Notes: generated by a model not told the origin, from the sequence alone. DNA of 64,000 nucleotides from Phyllobates terribilis (GCF_046119375.1 NW_027365766.1:1-64000), one strand, 5' to 3'; positions 11,150-24,800 are shown, counted from the stretch's first letter. Numbers and translations are program-made.

Positions 11150-14100
11150 TGAGTATCATTAGCTACAACTGCTGTGGGATGGGGAAGGCCTTGACGGTTA
11201 CTAGGCTCACTAATTTAGTGAGAGCGAATGCCCCAAAGTTGTTGTTTCTTATGGAGAATAATTGTAACAGTAAGAATATGGAGAAAATTAAGATGAGACT
11301 GGGTTTTAAGTATGGTTTTCATGTTGAATGTATGGGAAGGTCAGGTAGTTTAAGTTTAATGTGGGAAGAATGTGTTGATGTGAAGTTGGTGTCCTATACG
11401 GCACATCATATCGACGCCCTTGTGTCGATCAACGTCGAGAGGAAGGTTTGGCGTTTGACAGGGATGTATGGATGGGCAAATCATGGGAAAAAGCAGTGCA
11501 CCCTTGATCTGATTTCGAGGCTCAGTGTAGACCCGCATGAGGGTTGGTTATGCCTTGGGGATTTCAACCTACTTTTCAATATGGAGTATAAACGTGGAGG
11601 ATTACAAGTGGATGTGAGGGAGGTGTTGAATTCTAGAACGGTGATGGAGGAATGCGGACTACGAGAATTGGGTTTTCATGGTCATAGGTTCACGTGGGAC
11701 AATGGTAGGGGAGGGGAGGGGAGGAGTTCATCCAAGAGAGGATTGACCTGGCTTTTGCCAACGAAGAATGGTGTAGTAGTTTCCCAAATGCATCCGTAGT
11801 TCATCTGGAGCGATGTGGCTCTGACCATGTTCCGAACAAGTGTATTTTGGAGGAAATGGATTCAATCGAGGGTCCGAAGGTTCCGAGACCATTCCGTTTT
11901 GAAACAATTTGGTTGGACGATGATATGTGCGGGGAGGTGATTTGAAACGCTTGGCAGGGCTCTACGGACGAAATAGGCTAGGGGAGTGTGGGAGTTAAGA
12001 TCGCTAGGTGTGCTAGGGACCTCAAGGAGTGGGATTACAAATGTTTTGGGAATGTTAATATACAACTGTGGTTAATCAGAGAAGAGTTATGGGCTATGAA
12101 CAAGAAGGGGATGAATGGTAATCTGATTCGCAGGAGGAAAGAACTTGAAGGGAAGGAAAGAGAGCTAATGGGGAGGGAGGAGGCAATGTGGCTACAAAGA
12201 TCTAAAGCGAATGAATTCAAATGGGGAGATAGTAACACGTCGTACTTTCATAGGAAAGCCACGGGGAGAAAGTGAATGAACCACCTTAAAAAATTAATCG
12301 CTGAGGAGGGGATGGAACGGAGAACTTATGGGGGAATGGAGGATGTCGCACGAAAGTATTTTTCTAGCTTGTTTGAATCTACGTTCAAACCTGAATCCAT
12401 GTGTGCTTGTGATGGTATTGCACCAATTGTGTCAGATGAGAATAACAAGGAGCTCCTAGCCCCATTCATGCAAGAAGAGGTTAAAGATACTTTCTTTTCT
12501 ATTCATCCAACTAAACTCTGGGTCGTGGTGGCAGGTCGGGACTCTTTTTTCAAAGATTCTGGCATGTGATTGGGAACGAGGTTACTAAGTTCATCCTCTC
12601 TGTTCTTAATGGTGCTGAATTTCCCACTTTCTTAAATGATACTTACATTGCCTTGATTCCAAAAGTAGACGAGCCTTGCAGGATGACGGAGTTGACCTAT
12701 TAGCTTGTGTAATGTTCTGTACAAAGTAATATCTAAGATCTTGGCGAACAGGCTGAAAGTTTGTCTTCACAAGATTGTTTCCGAATCTCAGAGTGCCTTT
12801 GTCCCGGGGAGACTCATAACCGACAATGTGCTGGTTGCTCTCGAGTTATTCCACCATATGAAGACAAAGCGAAAGGGGAAGAAGAGTTATATGGCTCTTA
12901 AGCTCGATATAGCAAAGGTGTAAGATAGGGTGGAATAGACATTCATGGAGCACTCTTTGAGGACCTTGGGTGACTTCCCCATTTTGGTTTGTTCTATGCG
13001 CTAAATCCCTCTCGAGAATGATCAAGAGGAGCGAAGTGGCTGGTAGACTCCATGGCATCCGAATTGTGCAGGATGAACCTTCGGTTTCGCACATTTTCTT
13101 TGTAGTGGATACCTGTCAACAAAGTGCTGAATTTGTTAGCATCCTCCAAGCATTTGGAGAAGCGTCCGATCAACAGGTGAATTACCAGAAATCGGAGCTT
13201 TCATTTAGCAAGAATGTGCAGCTGGATAGGCGGATGGAAATTCAATCACGATTGGGAGTGAGAGAGGTGGAGAAACACGAAAAATATTTGGGGTTGCCAA
13301 CCATGGTGGTTAGATCGAAGAAATTATTTTTGGTCACTCAAAGAAAGGATACTAAAGAAGGTGTGCGGGTGGAACACCAGAATGCTCTTTAAAGCCGGAA
13401 AAGAGTTCCTCATCAAGTCCATCGCCCAGGCGATTCCGAATTTTACGATGTCGTGCTTTCTCCTCCCGGACAACCTTTGTTTGGATATTGAGCAGATTTT
13501 ATGTGATTATTGGTGGGGCAATGCTAGCAACTCCAAGAAGACGCACTGGTTGAGATGGAAGAGAATGTGCAAGCCAAAATACTTGGATGGTATCGGTTTT
13601 AGAGATCTTGGTATGTTTAACTTCGGTCATCTTGCAAAACAAGGGTGGAGAATCTTGAAAGACCCTTCCTCTTTGGTAGCCCGGCTCTTAAAGGCAAAGT
13701 ACTTTCCTCGTGGGGAGTTCATTGATGCCCCGGATGGTAAATCCCCAAGCTATACATGGAGAAGCATCTGCGCTGGTAGAGAAGTGTTGAAACAAGGCTT
13801 ACGATGGAGGTGGGTAATGGAAACAATATCATGACATGGGAAGATAGGTGGCTCCCTAGACCAAGTTCATTCAAACCTGTCAGTAGAACGGGATGTCCAC
13901 CGCTGGTAAAGCTCATCGAATATATAGATTAGGATAGAGAGTGCGGAATGAGGAAAAGATATGGCCGAGTTTGCAGCTTCTGATGTTGATACGGTCCTCG
14001 GTATTACACTCTTGGACCCAACATGTAGTGATGAACTAGTTTGGCACTACGCGAAGGATGGCCACCTTAACGTGAGGTCTGCTTACAAACTCTTAATCAA

Positions 14101-15115
14101 AGGTCAATTAAGAAAAGTGGAGAGTGAGTCTTCGACCTCGGATTCAGGTAATGAGAAAATGTGGAGGAAGCTTTGGGACCTATGTGTGCCGCCGAGGGTC
14201 AAATCTTTCCTTTGGAGGGCATGTAAGGAGATCCTTCCGATGAAAGCTAATCTGGAGCGGAGAAACATTACCCCAGATGCTAAATGTGAGTGGTGTGGTG
14301 GCGTGGAATCGACTATCCATGCAATTTTCAAGTGCCGGGAACAAACTGCATTATGGAAAGTATGCCCAAAGCTGAGCAAATGGGGAAGAAGGGGGGACTC
14401 AATGTGGGAAGTGGTTTGTAATGCACAACACTATCTGAGGGGCGAGGACTTTGAACTGTGGGTTCTGATCTGCTGGCGGGCTCGGAGGGCTCGAAATTAG
14501 AAACTATTTTAAGGGAAGGATTTGGAGGTATAGTGTTGTTCAAGAGTGTAACCAGATGCTGCAGAATTTTCAGAGAAGCAGGTTGCACGTTAACATGGGT
14601 GGAACAAAACCGGTGTGAATTGAAAAGTGGCAACTTCCAACTACTGGTTGGATAAAAGCGAATTGCGATGCTGTAGTTTCTAAGAAAGATGGGATGGATA
14701 TCGGATTTTGTCGCCAGAAATTCGACAGGGAGAGTGGTGTTTTTGGGGTCTAGACGGGCGACGTTTTTGAGGATCCAGAGATTGCTGAAGCTGAGGTGGT
14801 GCGATGGACCCTTCAATGCTGCATGGAACGAGGATTCCGGAAAATATGTATCGAATCGGATGCGTACGCTGTTATTAATAAGATTCGAAAGAAGAAAAGG
14901 TGGGGAGGCGCGCTGTGATGGAACTGCAGAAGATTGGGGTTATGGCTAGGAGCTGTGGCGAGTGCGCTTGGACGCATGTTCGTAGGGATGGTAATAGACC
15001 GGCACATTTCTTAGCTAGTTTGAAGCCGCCGACAATGATGTATTGTGATTTCGATCCTGGATTTTCACATGTTTTCAACGAACTCTGTAATTCTGATTGT
15101 GTTGGAATGTATTAG
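11149..15115 (+). pseudogene. LINE ORF2 (endonuclease, reverse transcriptase, zf-RVT, RNase H), multiple stops and frameshifts
   Basis: [64 protein letters not shown] and HVRRDGNRPAHFLA; starts in a TAATG overlap with the ORF1 stop. Confidence 0.88.
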
Positions 15116-15339
15116 TGGAAGTTTGGTTGCTAAAAAAACATAATTAATAGCAAAAGCAATGATCCTCATTCTTGACAAAAAGGATACGAAAGATTGTTTT
15201 ATTAAGAAAATCTTATCATTTTAAAAAAGTTTTCTTTTTCAGGATCTTACCATTCAAATCAGGTGGAATGTATTTAGAAATTCTCTCTTACTAAGACTAA
15301 GTAGAGTAGATATGTTTAAATATATCTTCTTTAATAAGT

Positions 15340-16000
15340 GTGTAAAAATATATTTGTACATGGATAGGTTTGGGATGAATATAGGCCAGGTCAAATTTTT
15401 AATTTTATCCATTTATACTAGCCTAGCTATATCCGCCCATATAAAATGGGATAATTTCTATATCCATACCTGTGTACTGTGTTTTTGACGGCAGATTGAC
15501 CAACATGATACCCGTTTTTCCTATTTTATTAAATCTTCTCATATATAAATATACAAATTAACAACCTAAAAACCTATGAAATAGCGTATTAGAATTTTAC
15601 AAAATCTAAAAATACGGTTGGAAAGTCGATTTTTTATGTGTTTGCTGGAAAGAATCAATATAGATTGTTAGAGTTCAATCATCAAATCTTATTATGTGGT
15701 TTATATACGTGAGACATATCCTAATTTTTGACGATATACTTACTTTACTTATTTTAATAACAATAATATGGGTGATATTCTTACTCTACTTCACCACTTA
15801 TTGTTAGTCATAAGTAAGTATATATTTTATAAAAATTTATGGGCATGTCGGGCCTGTCCGCTTGGACTTTTTTCTAAAATTATGTCCATTTCATTTTAAT
15901 ATGGACATTTCATGTCCAACTCGGATAAGAAAAAATCGGTGTTCAAACCCGACCGTATTCTATGACGGGCCGGACATGCCTATCCGTCTTTGAACGGGTC
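15340..16000. mobile_element. Probable hAT-like non-autonomous remnant
   Basis: Subterminal acggg/cccg-rich patches and a terminal-like tttgaacgggtct; no TSD identified. Confidence 0.35.
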
Positions 16001-16263
16001 TGTGTATAATCCTAGGATAATAAATCATTAGTTTTAGGAAAAAATACATTAAAATGATTATAGCTTATTTCATCATCATTTCAAAGTATAAGTATTTAAT
16101 TAACTTTTCAAAATCTGGTAATTTTCGCTAGTCCTATCTAAAGTTAATTTAATTTATGTTAGTGCTGATAAAAAGGTAATGATAGTTTTATTAATTAGAT
16201 CTTAGCGGATATGAAAATTAATGTAATTATCAATTGGTATATAAATAGATATAATATTACTCC

Positions 16264-17400
16264 TGTCATAAATGAAGAGAATAGAGAAAAATATTAGTGA
16301 AGAGAGTCTTGTGTTATTAGGCTTCTAATGAGAACCTTTTATAGGAGTTACAAAGCTTGATTCATTAGCTAACTATAGGATTTACATAAGCATGCCTAAT
16401 ATACATTCAATATAATAATATTATAACACTACCCCTTGGATGTATATTACTAATTACCTCATTAAAAAATTTGTCTTATAAAACTCAGTGGAATAAAAAA
16501 AGACTAAGAAAAAAAAGTGCAGTTGTATTTCTCCCTCTCATTTGAAAATTCCATAAAGGCAAACCAATATAGATAAGCATATAATGAAATTAAGTATTTA
16601 TACATACATTTGGTCAAAACATATACTATGATTTGAGTATGCGTGAGTTGAATATTCTCAACTTTACCAATCAACATCATTAACTTTTATCGTTTTCCAA
16701 GAAACATCAATACATATTACTTCTATTATAAGTGTTTATATATATAAGGATATTGTTAAAGAATATCTCAATTTCGATTCCTTTCAAAATGGATTGTAAC
16801 CAACAACCCTTACTTGTACTTTAAGTCATTTCATGTAACTTTGGATACGAGATTTCTTGATCATTATATCTCAATCTCGTTGGATATCATTCGTAAATAT
16901 ATTAACAACAACTTAACTCTGCTAATTAATTTTGAAGGACATCAAACTACAGTCTTCTACACTTCAAGTTTATTTAAGTATTTTCTTGTGAATGATTGAT
17001 TTGTAGTTACTACAAGAACATCAAAAAAATGAGCTAGCATTTTAGTTAGTGAATGCAACCAATAATATGTTGTACCTTTAGTGCATGATTTGTTTGAACT
17101 TCGAGTTCTTCTTCACTAATCCAATGAATCTAGTCATATCGAAGATTTGCATTTCCCTACAACGCCTTATACTTATAGCCGTCTTCTCCACTTCCTCCAA
17201 AATTAGGATTTTATCTCAATAAAATGATTATCTTGATACCAAGCGATCACCCAAAATAAGCTCTAGGTATACAATAATCCACAAAGCTCATGCCCCTTGT
17301 ACAATCCCACTTTTCCTTTGATGCATTACTTTAGTTTGTTTAGGGATGAATAGGACGTACATCGAATATATTTATCAATCTTGTAGAGATAAGCTTCAAT
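16264..17400 (-). mobile_element. Highly decayed Copia-like remnant (short LTR 16264-16428 with adjacent PPT)
   Basis: TGTCATAAAT...ATTATAACA termini followed by ctaccccttgga (minus-strand purine tract); internal coding similarity is only faint. Confidence 0.4.
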
Positions 17401-18582
17401 GGGGAGAATGTATCATTGTCAATCGAATCAAATTTAATTATGGAATGAAATTTTGCCTAATCCATATGCAATGGAGGAGCCACATTGAGACGAGGAGGGG
17501 CCTAATCCCCTCTTGACCTCCAACGGAACGATTATATGTAGTAGTTATACTGCCTGATTATAGTCGTTATTGAAGGAAATTAAACTTGTTAAATATCGTT
17601 GAATATAGGGAAGATGACAAGGTGCTTGCTCAATTTTCTATTAAATGATCAAACGATTCGGCGGGTCTGTCACGTGACTGGTCATGTATAAATTTCATTT
17701 AAAAATTGTTGTAATTTATGTAAGCATGCATTTATTCTATTTATTCTAATTTTTGTAAGTATAAACTATATATTTAAATTTAGTTTGTGCCCTCCAAACA
17801 AACATCTCTAGCTTCGCAATTGGATTTTAAGTTGATGAGTTCACTTATTATTAGATTTGATATGTTAATTTAAATTAAATTTTGAATAAATTAGATTGAT
17901 GAATTTGTTTATGTTCTTGTGTGTTCGAGCTTTAGTTATGAGCTTTCAAACAATTTATTCTGTAACAAAAATTCGGTATGTCTAATAGTGTTATGCATAT
18001 TTTTGCTACAAAATTCTTTAGAAAAAAATCGCTCGATTTCGTTGGAAATAAATCTTGATTAGTCATTTGGCCTCCCGCGAAAGGTGATCCTGGCTAAGCC
18101 CCTATCGATATGGTCGACAACTCCATAAAATCGTTCTAGTATACAATTTGAGCTACCTCATGCTCAACCAATAGACTACTTTATTGATTTTATTCTCCCA
18201 CTTTATATATCATATGACCAAATAAAATTTATCTATGATATGTGAAAAATCATATACTGGTATATGATGGTGTTAAGTCCTCATTTGAATCCTTGAACCA
18301 CCCAAGGAATATGAAGACTCTAATTTACTCTTAAATAATTGACTATATTGATATTAAAAATTAAGTCCAATGTTTCGATCACCCCTACATGAGTTTAGTA
18401 TCCTTGAAACTTATGGTCATATTATATATGTCTAAATAAAAATTGATCTTGCATATCATCTTTTCACTTGGAAGATCGAACTAATTTACATTCACAAGTG
18501 ATTAATAACGTTCACCTAACTTTAAGTTAGAATATATAATTCAATGGGTTGCCATCGACAAATAGTGTTTAAAGTTCCTTAT

Positions 18583-19767
18583 TGTTAGTTGAGCTTTGGT
18601 AGGAATATTAAAGCTCAATGTATTTCTCTGTGTTTTGATGATAACAAACTAATATGTTTAATTTCTTAGTGTTTTTAAGCCTTCCAGGTCATTGCCATAT
18701 TTGTAAGGATGCGCTTAAGTCACTTAGAGATGCGCTTGACTGGTAACAGTCGCGCTTAACACCAAGCGGAGAAAGTTAGTTTCGCAAACGGTGTTTAAAT
18801 AAATCCATTCAAGACCAAGAAGTAAGAGTGATCGAGCTTCGAGGGCATAGGGATGCGCTTGAATGTAGTTGAAGAAAGTTGATCACGAAGTTCCACTGAA
18901 GCTTAGGGTGTGCCAGAGCACAGGAGAACAAATCTAGACGCTTCGAAGGCTGGTAAGGCGGGAGAGTGCAAGTTGCGTGCACAGGAAGGTGCGAGAAGAA
19001 CTTCACACTCTTTGGGACGCTACTCCAGGGATCGCCAGCGTGGCAAGAGTTTGTTAGAGCTAAAAGCACACGGATTGCTTATGTGGCGTGGATCAACACA
19101 TGGAGAACAAAACCAAATCACTCCAAGCCGTTGATTAATTCTGGTGAAGTGATCAAGGCACACGGATTGATGAGGTGGCATTTTATATAGTCTCAGTTTG
19201 TTACACGGTTAAGCTATAGGGTTAGCTTAGGACTTGTGTATAAATAGAGTACTATTTCATTCATTTCAAGGGTTGCAAACGTTGAGGATATAGGAAGCTA
19301 GAGAGAGCTTGAGATATAATTCGTTTGTAATCAGAGAGTGTTGAGAGTGCCTTTGTTCTCCAGAGCTGAATTGAGAGTATTGTAGAGAGAGTGCTTACGA
19401 GTGAGCTTCTCGTGTTGAAGCAAGAGATTGTAATCACTTCTTAATCAATACAAGTGTAGTGGTGAGTTTTATCCCGAGTCAGCTAGTGGCTTAGGGTTCT
19501 CACCTTTGGAAATTCTTGTGTGTGCAAATATAGGTGCGCTCTAACAACTTAAAGCGCGCTTTATTGTCGTCTGACCACTTCCGCACTTAAAGGACATTAG
19601 TAAATTCATTACTAAGTGTTCTACATTGGTCAAGCGCATCTCAAGTATCGAAAGCGCAATTCAATACTAGTGAAGCGCATCTAAGGCTTAATGAACCTTA
19701 GAGACAAAAGACAATAGCTGATCAAAAAACGTATTTTATACTTTGTTAACGTGTTTCAAAACCAACA
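18583..19767 (+). repeat. 5' LTR of SIRE element
   Basis: Starts tgttagttgagc, ends aaaccaaca; TATA (tataaatag) at about 19240; nearly identical to 28425-29609. Confidence 0.97.
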
Positions 19768-19769
19768 AT

Positions 19770-19781
19770 TGGTATCAGAGC
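19770..19781 (+). promoter_or_regulatory. Primer binding site, initiator tRNA-Met
   Basis: tggtatcagagc two bases after the LTR end. Confidence 0.95.
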
Positions 19782-19844
19782 TACAGGTTAGCTATTTGCA
19801 CTAATCCTTTTGCAGGTTCAAAAAGGGTTCTCAAGTCTAGAACG

Positions 19845-21812
19845 ATGGCCAGCTTCAACCTCGGTATTTCTCTCGCCAAGCCCCATGTCCTTGTCGAAGG
19901 CGAACTTGAATGGTGGCTCACTATGACGAGGAATTACATCCAGCAGACCGACTACCAGTGCTGGAAGATTATCGAAAAAGGTGATGAGAAAATTTCCGAA
20001 GCGGATGACTCGAAATGGGAAGCAAAAGAGTACCAGCTTATGGAGAAGAATGCTAAAGCGCGACAGCTCATTCTTAATGCCCTTTCACGAAAAGATATAG
20101 ACAAGGTAATGTCCCTTCCCACTGCTCAAGATATGTGGAAGGCTATCATAAACATGCACTCTGGCAGTGATGATATGAAGGACAACCGTATCTTTGAGCT
20201 TAATCGCGAGTTTTGTTCCATTCGAATGGGGGAAACTGAACTCGTCTCTGATTATCATTCCCGGTGCCAAATCTTGTATGACAAGATGCTTTCTGCTGGA
20301 ATGGAGAAGAAAGCTTGGGAGTATTCTATGGCGTTCATTCATGGAGTGAACTCAAAGTATACAACCCTCAAGCAAATCCTTCTTCAGTCCAAGGAAACTA
20401 GGAATTTGCCTATCTCTGTGCTTGCAGGTAAATTTAAAGTGCAGGAAATCAAGAACAACGAGGAAAAACAATCAGAACGAGAGAACAGAGGGATGGCGCT
20501 CAAGTTGTCTCGTGTTCTTCAAAAACTTGAAAATGATGAAGAAGGAGAAGACGACGATGATAGGGACGTTGCTATGATGACCAAAGTTGTGAAAAAGTTT
20601 TTCAACAAACAAAAGCGCGACTCTACATATAAGCAGCGCGACCTCAGGGACTTCACCTGTTTCAACTGCAATGAGAAAGGTCACCTCGCCAAAGCGTGCC
20701 CTCATCCTAAGGTGAATCCAGGATCCAGCTCAAAACAGCCCCCCAAGCAAGCCTTCGTCACTCTTTGGGGAGAATCTGATGATGATTCGGACGATGGAGC
20801 GCAACCTGATATGTGCTTAATGGCTGGCGCCGCATCTGACTCAGACTCTGGATCTGAGATTGAGGTAAATGACCTGAACCTTGACATTCTTCCCAAGCGC
20901 AATCTTGTCCATCTTCTAAAAGAGCTTATGGTTCAACATAAGTCTCTAGTAACTGATGCTAGAGCACGGCATGTTGAACTAGATAATGCTAAGGAAGAAC
21001 TGGTTGAGCTTTCTAAACATTTACATGACAAAAACACACTCCCTTCTAAATCTTGTGAACTTTGTCATGGTAAAGGGTTAGAAGGTAACTCTGTCTCAAC
21101 CAAAGACGTTAAGTTTGATCAGATCATATCAAAGCTTGATGTTCTTACAAAGTTAGTTGAAACAAAATCTGTTTCTCAAACAGGTTTCGTTAAAGCTAGA
21201 CCTGGATTGGGTTATGACCCCCAGGAATCTTCCTCCTCCTCCATTCCTCCTCAAGCAAGTGAAATATCTTCTAAGATCAAATCACTTGAACAAGACCTTA
21301 CTGCTTACAAGAGTGAAAACTCTCATTTAAAGAGCAGGATTAAGGTACTTGAGGAACAACCTTCAGAAACCAAAGAATGGTTTCGTGGGGGAAAAGCGCA
21401 TCATCTGTATAAGAAACAAGCGCTTACCCCAACTCAGCCTCCCGTCTTGCAGAAGAAACAACCATTTAGACCGGGAAAGGGAAAGTATGGTTATGTAAGA
21501 GGTAACCATTACTGTACCTTTTGTGGTCAAAATGGACATGACAAACGAGAGTGCAGAGACTTTAAGGTTCTTAAGAGTAAGCCTTATAAGCAAATGGCTA
21601 AAAATAAAGGCAAGCGCACACGTATTCAACAGTCCTCAGTTGAGCACGGATGCGCTTCAGGACACAGAGGTGCGCTTCGTCCAGAGCGACCTCACATTGT
21701 GTTAGATCTGAACGATCCTAGCTATTATAAGCCAGTCCAAAAGACTAGCTCAGAAATAGCTATGTCTAATGTTCCCACGGAGCGCAAGCTTCGATGGGAG
21801 ATCAAAGCTTGA
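19845..21812 (+). CDS. gag: SIRE Gag with long C-terminal extension (655 aa), two CCHC knuckles
   Basis: Open frame from ATG 19845. UBN2-type core (QTDYQCWKIIEKG, EKNAKARQLILNAL), knuckles CFNCNEKGHLAKAC and CTFCGQNGHDKREC. Confidence 0.92.
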   Translation: MASFNLGISLAKPHVLVEGELEWWLTMTRNYIQQTDYQCWKIIEKGDEKISEADDSKWEAKEYQLMEKNAKARQLILNALSRKDIDKVMSLPTAQDMWKAIINMHSGSDDMKDNRIFELNREFCSIRMGETELVSDYHSRCQILYDKMLSAGMEKKAWEYSMAFIHGVNSKYTTLKQILLQSKETRNLPISVLAGKFKVQEIKNNEEKQSERENRGMALKLSRVLQKLENDEEGEDDDDRDVAMMTKVVKKFFNKQKRDSTYKQRDLRDFTCFNCNEKGHLAKACPHPKVNPGSSSKQPPKQAFVTLWGESDDDSDDGAQPDMCLMAGAASDSDSGSEIEVNDLNLDILPKRNLVHLLKELMVQHKSLVTDARARHVELDNAKEELVELSKHLHDKNTLPSKSCELCHGKGLEGNSVSTKDVKFDQIISKLDVLTKLVETKSVSQTGFVKARPGLGYDPQESSSSSIPPQASEISSKIKSLEQDLTAYKSENSHLKSRIKVLEEQPSETKEWFRGGKAHHLYKKQALTPTQPPVLQKKQPFRPGKGKYGYVRGNHYCTFCGQNGHDKRECRDFKVLKSKPYKQMAKNKGKRTRIQQSSVEHGCASGHRGALRPERPHIVLDLNDPSYYKPVQKTSSEIAMSNVPTERKLRWEIKA

Positions 21813-21827
21813 TCTCTATTATTGCAG

Positions 21828-24800
21828 GTTGGGATGAAATGTAGGTGGTATATCGACAGCGGTTGCTCGTGCCATATGACGGGTGATCCACAGTTACTAC
21901 GTTCATTCCAAGCTAAGGAAGGAGGCAACGTCTCCTTCGGTGACAAAAAACAAGGTAAGATCATTGCTAAAGGACGAGCGCATCTCAACAACGCTATTCA
22001 GATAGGAGATGTAAACTTAGTAGAGAACCTCAGGTTCAATCTACTGAGTGTAGCACAACTATGCGACCAAGGAGGTAATAAGGTATGGTTTAGCACAACT
22101 GAGTGTGCAGTGGTCAACCCTGAACAAGAGGTGCTTCTCAAGGGCAAGCGCATAGATAACACCTACCTCTTCGACCACTCCTTCTCTCCTAAGCGCAACC
22201 TTTGTCTAGCTACACTCACTGAGACAACAAATCTTTGGCACAAGAGAATGGGACACGCAAGTCTACATCTACTCAACAAGCTTCAGTCCAAAGATCTTGT
22301 TCGTGGTCTTCCTCGCATCAAGGTAGAATCCATGACTTCATGCTCAGACTGCTCAAAGGCTAAAGCGACTCGTAGCTCCTTTCCCTCTATCAAGGTAGTG
22401 CAGACTAAAGCTCCCCTTGAGCTTCTCCACATGGACTTATGTGGACCACTACGAACGCAGAGTAAGGGAGGTAATCGCTATATTTTTGTAATAGTTGATG
22501 ACTATTCTCGCTATACCTGGACTCTTTTCTTGAAGCACAAGAGCGAAACCCTTGCAAAGTTTCAAGCTCTTGCGCTTTTACTGGAAAAGAAGCTAGGGCT
22601 CCCCATTTGTTCAATTCGTTCTGACAATGGAACTGAATTCAAAAATGGTGAGTTCCTATCATTTTGTGAGGATAGGGGTATTGATCATAATTTCTCCACC
22701 CCTAGAACCCCTGAGCAAAATGGTGTGGTTGAGCGCAAGAATAGGACACTTCAAGAGATGGCACGCACAATGCTACTCTCTAGTGGTGTCGCTTCACACT
22801 ATTGGGCTCAAGCTGTGAGCACTGCATGTTATATAACTAACCGTGCCTTCTTAAGGCCTATTCTTGAGAAAACTCCCTATGAACTGCTTAAAGGGCGTAC
22901 ACCAAATATCTCTCACCTAAGGGTGTTTGGTTGCAAGTGTTACGTCCATAACAATGGGAGAGATCTTTTGGGTAAATTTGATGCTAGGAATGACGAAGCT
23001 ATCTTCCTTGGATATGCACCTACAAGTCAAGGATATAGAGTACTCAATCTGAGAACTCAGATGGAAGAAGATAGCATCCACGTGAAATTCAATGAAGGAG
23101 AGCTTGAAAGTGTTCCAGAATTCAACGATGATCCATTCTCCAGTCATGATCCACTTCCAGCTTCTCTTTCCAATCCTCAAGCGCAACCTTCTGTCCCTTC
23201 TTCAGGTATGGAAAGTGACGACGATGATAGTGGAAGATGCGCTTCTCTGCCTTTGGTCACAGAAGCTTGCATTCCCAGAGAAGAAGCAACTCAAAAGAAC
23301 AACACTCAGAATGAAGATCATGAAAGTGGACCATCCATTAATGTTCTTGCTCCCTCTTCACCTCTTTCTCCAGGTCAGGTAACTCCCTCTGTTACTTCTT
23401 CTACCCCTTCTAGCTCTCAAGCGGGACCTAGTATTGGTGAAGCGCAACCTGGAAGTTCTCAAGCGAGTCCCAGTGGACTTTCTAGTGGTAGTGAAAGCCT
23501 GTCCAAAACTACAACGATGAAGCTACCAGACAACACAGAGGTCACCGTGCGCGATTATCAACAGTTGAACTCTCATCCAGTTTCTGCGATCATATCTCAG
23601 TATGAAAAAGGTACCCAGACTCGCTCTAACGTTCATAACATGCTTGCTTGTAGTGCTTTTGTTTCTTTACAGGAACCCAAGTCCATAAAAGTTGCGCTTC
23701 AAGATCCAGATTGGATAATAGCCATGCAAGAAGAGTTGGAGGAGTTCCAGCGCAACCAAGTTTGGCGTCTAGTACCCCGGCCAGGTGATAGAAGCATAAT
23801 TGGAACGCGCTGGGTATACAGAAACAAGCTGGATGATAGTGGAGCGGTGGTACGAAACAAAGCGCGTCTTGTTGCACAAGGTTACAATCAACAAGAGGGC
23901 ATTGACTACGATGAAACGTACGCACCAGTAGCTCGTCTAGAGGCAATTCGACTGTTGATAGCCTACGCAGCGCACAAAGGATTCAAGCTATTTCAAATGG
24001 ATGTGAAGACAGCCTTTCTCAATGGTAAGCTTAATGAGGAGGTCTATGTCAAGCAACCACCAGGATTTGAAGATCCAGCTTATCCAGACCACGTGTACTT
24101 TCTTGACAAAGCGCTATATGGCCTAAAACAAGCCCCTCGCGCTTGGTATGACTGTCTATCTAAGTACTTGTTGGCAAATGACTACAAGAGAGGTTTGGTG
24201 GACAAAACCCTCTTCATAAGGGAAGTGAAAGGTGATATTCTCATTGTTCAAATTTATGTTGATGATATTATATTTGGTTCTACTAACTTGCAGCTAGTAG
24301 AAGACTTTAAGAACACCATGAGCCTCAAGTTCAGCATGAGCATGATTGGTGAGCTTAAGTACTTTCTAGGGCTTCAAGTCAACCAAATGGATGAAGGCAT
24401 TGAGATTCACCAGCAGAAATACATCAAAGAGTTGCTTAAGAAGTATCAAATGGAAAACTCTAAACCTTGCCCTACTCCTCTCTCCACTACTACAAAACTG
24501 GACACAGATCTTATGGCTGAGAAGATAGATGAAACCTTGTATCGAGGTATGATAGGTTCTCTAATGTATTTGACTGCTTCACGTCCCGATATTGTTTTTG
24601 CTGTTAGTGTATGCGCTCGATCCCAGTCAGACCCTCGCGCTTCTCACCTTGCTCATGTAAAGCGCATCTTCAGGTATTTAAAAGGGTCTGACGATCTTTG
24701 CCTTTGGTACTCCAAAGGGGGCGGTCTTTCTCTTGTTGGCTATACCGATGCAGATTATGCAGGTTATTTGGCTGATAGAAAGAGCACTAGTGGCATGGCA

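Larger units (their letters stand above)
9528..15138 (+). mobile_element. Full-length but degenerate L1-clade LINE
   Basis: 13-bp TSD aacataattaata (9515-9527 and 15137-15149, overlapping the tail), short A-tail at 15132-15138, and ORF1 plus ORF2 remnants in canonical order. Confidence 0.92.

Noticed and set aside
10588-11159. Long minus-strand ORFs opposite LINE ORF1
   Set aside because: By-product of the purine-rich Lys/Glu stretch; Phe/Ser/Leu-rich with no domain.
18809-19190. Short ORFs repeated at 28651-29032
   Set aside because: They are duplicated only because they lie in the LTRs.
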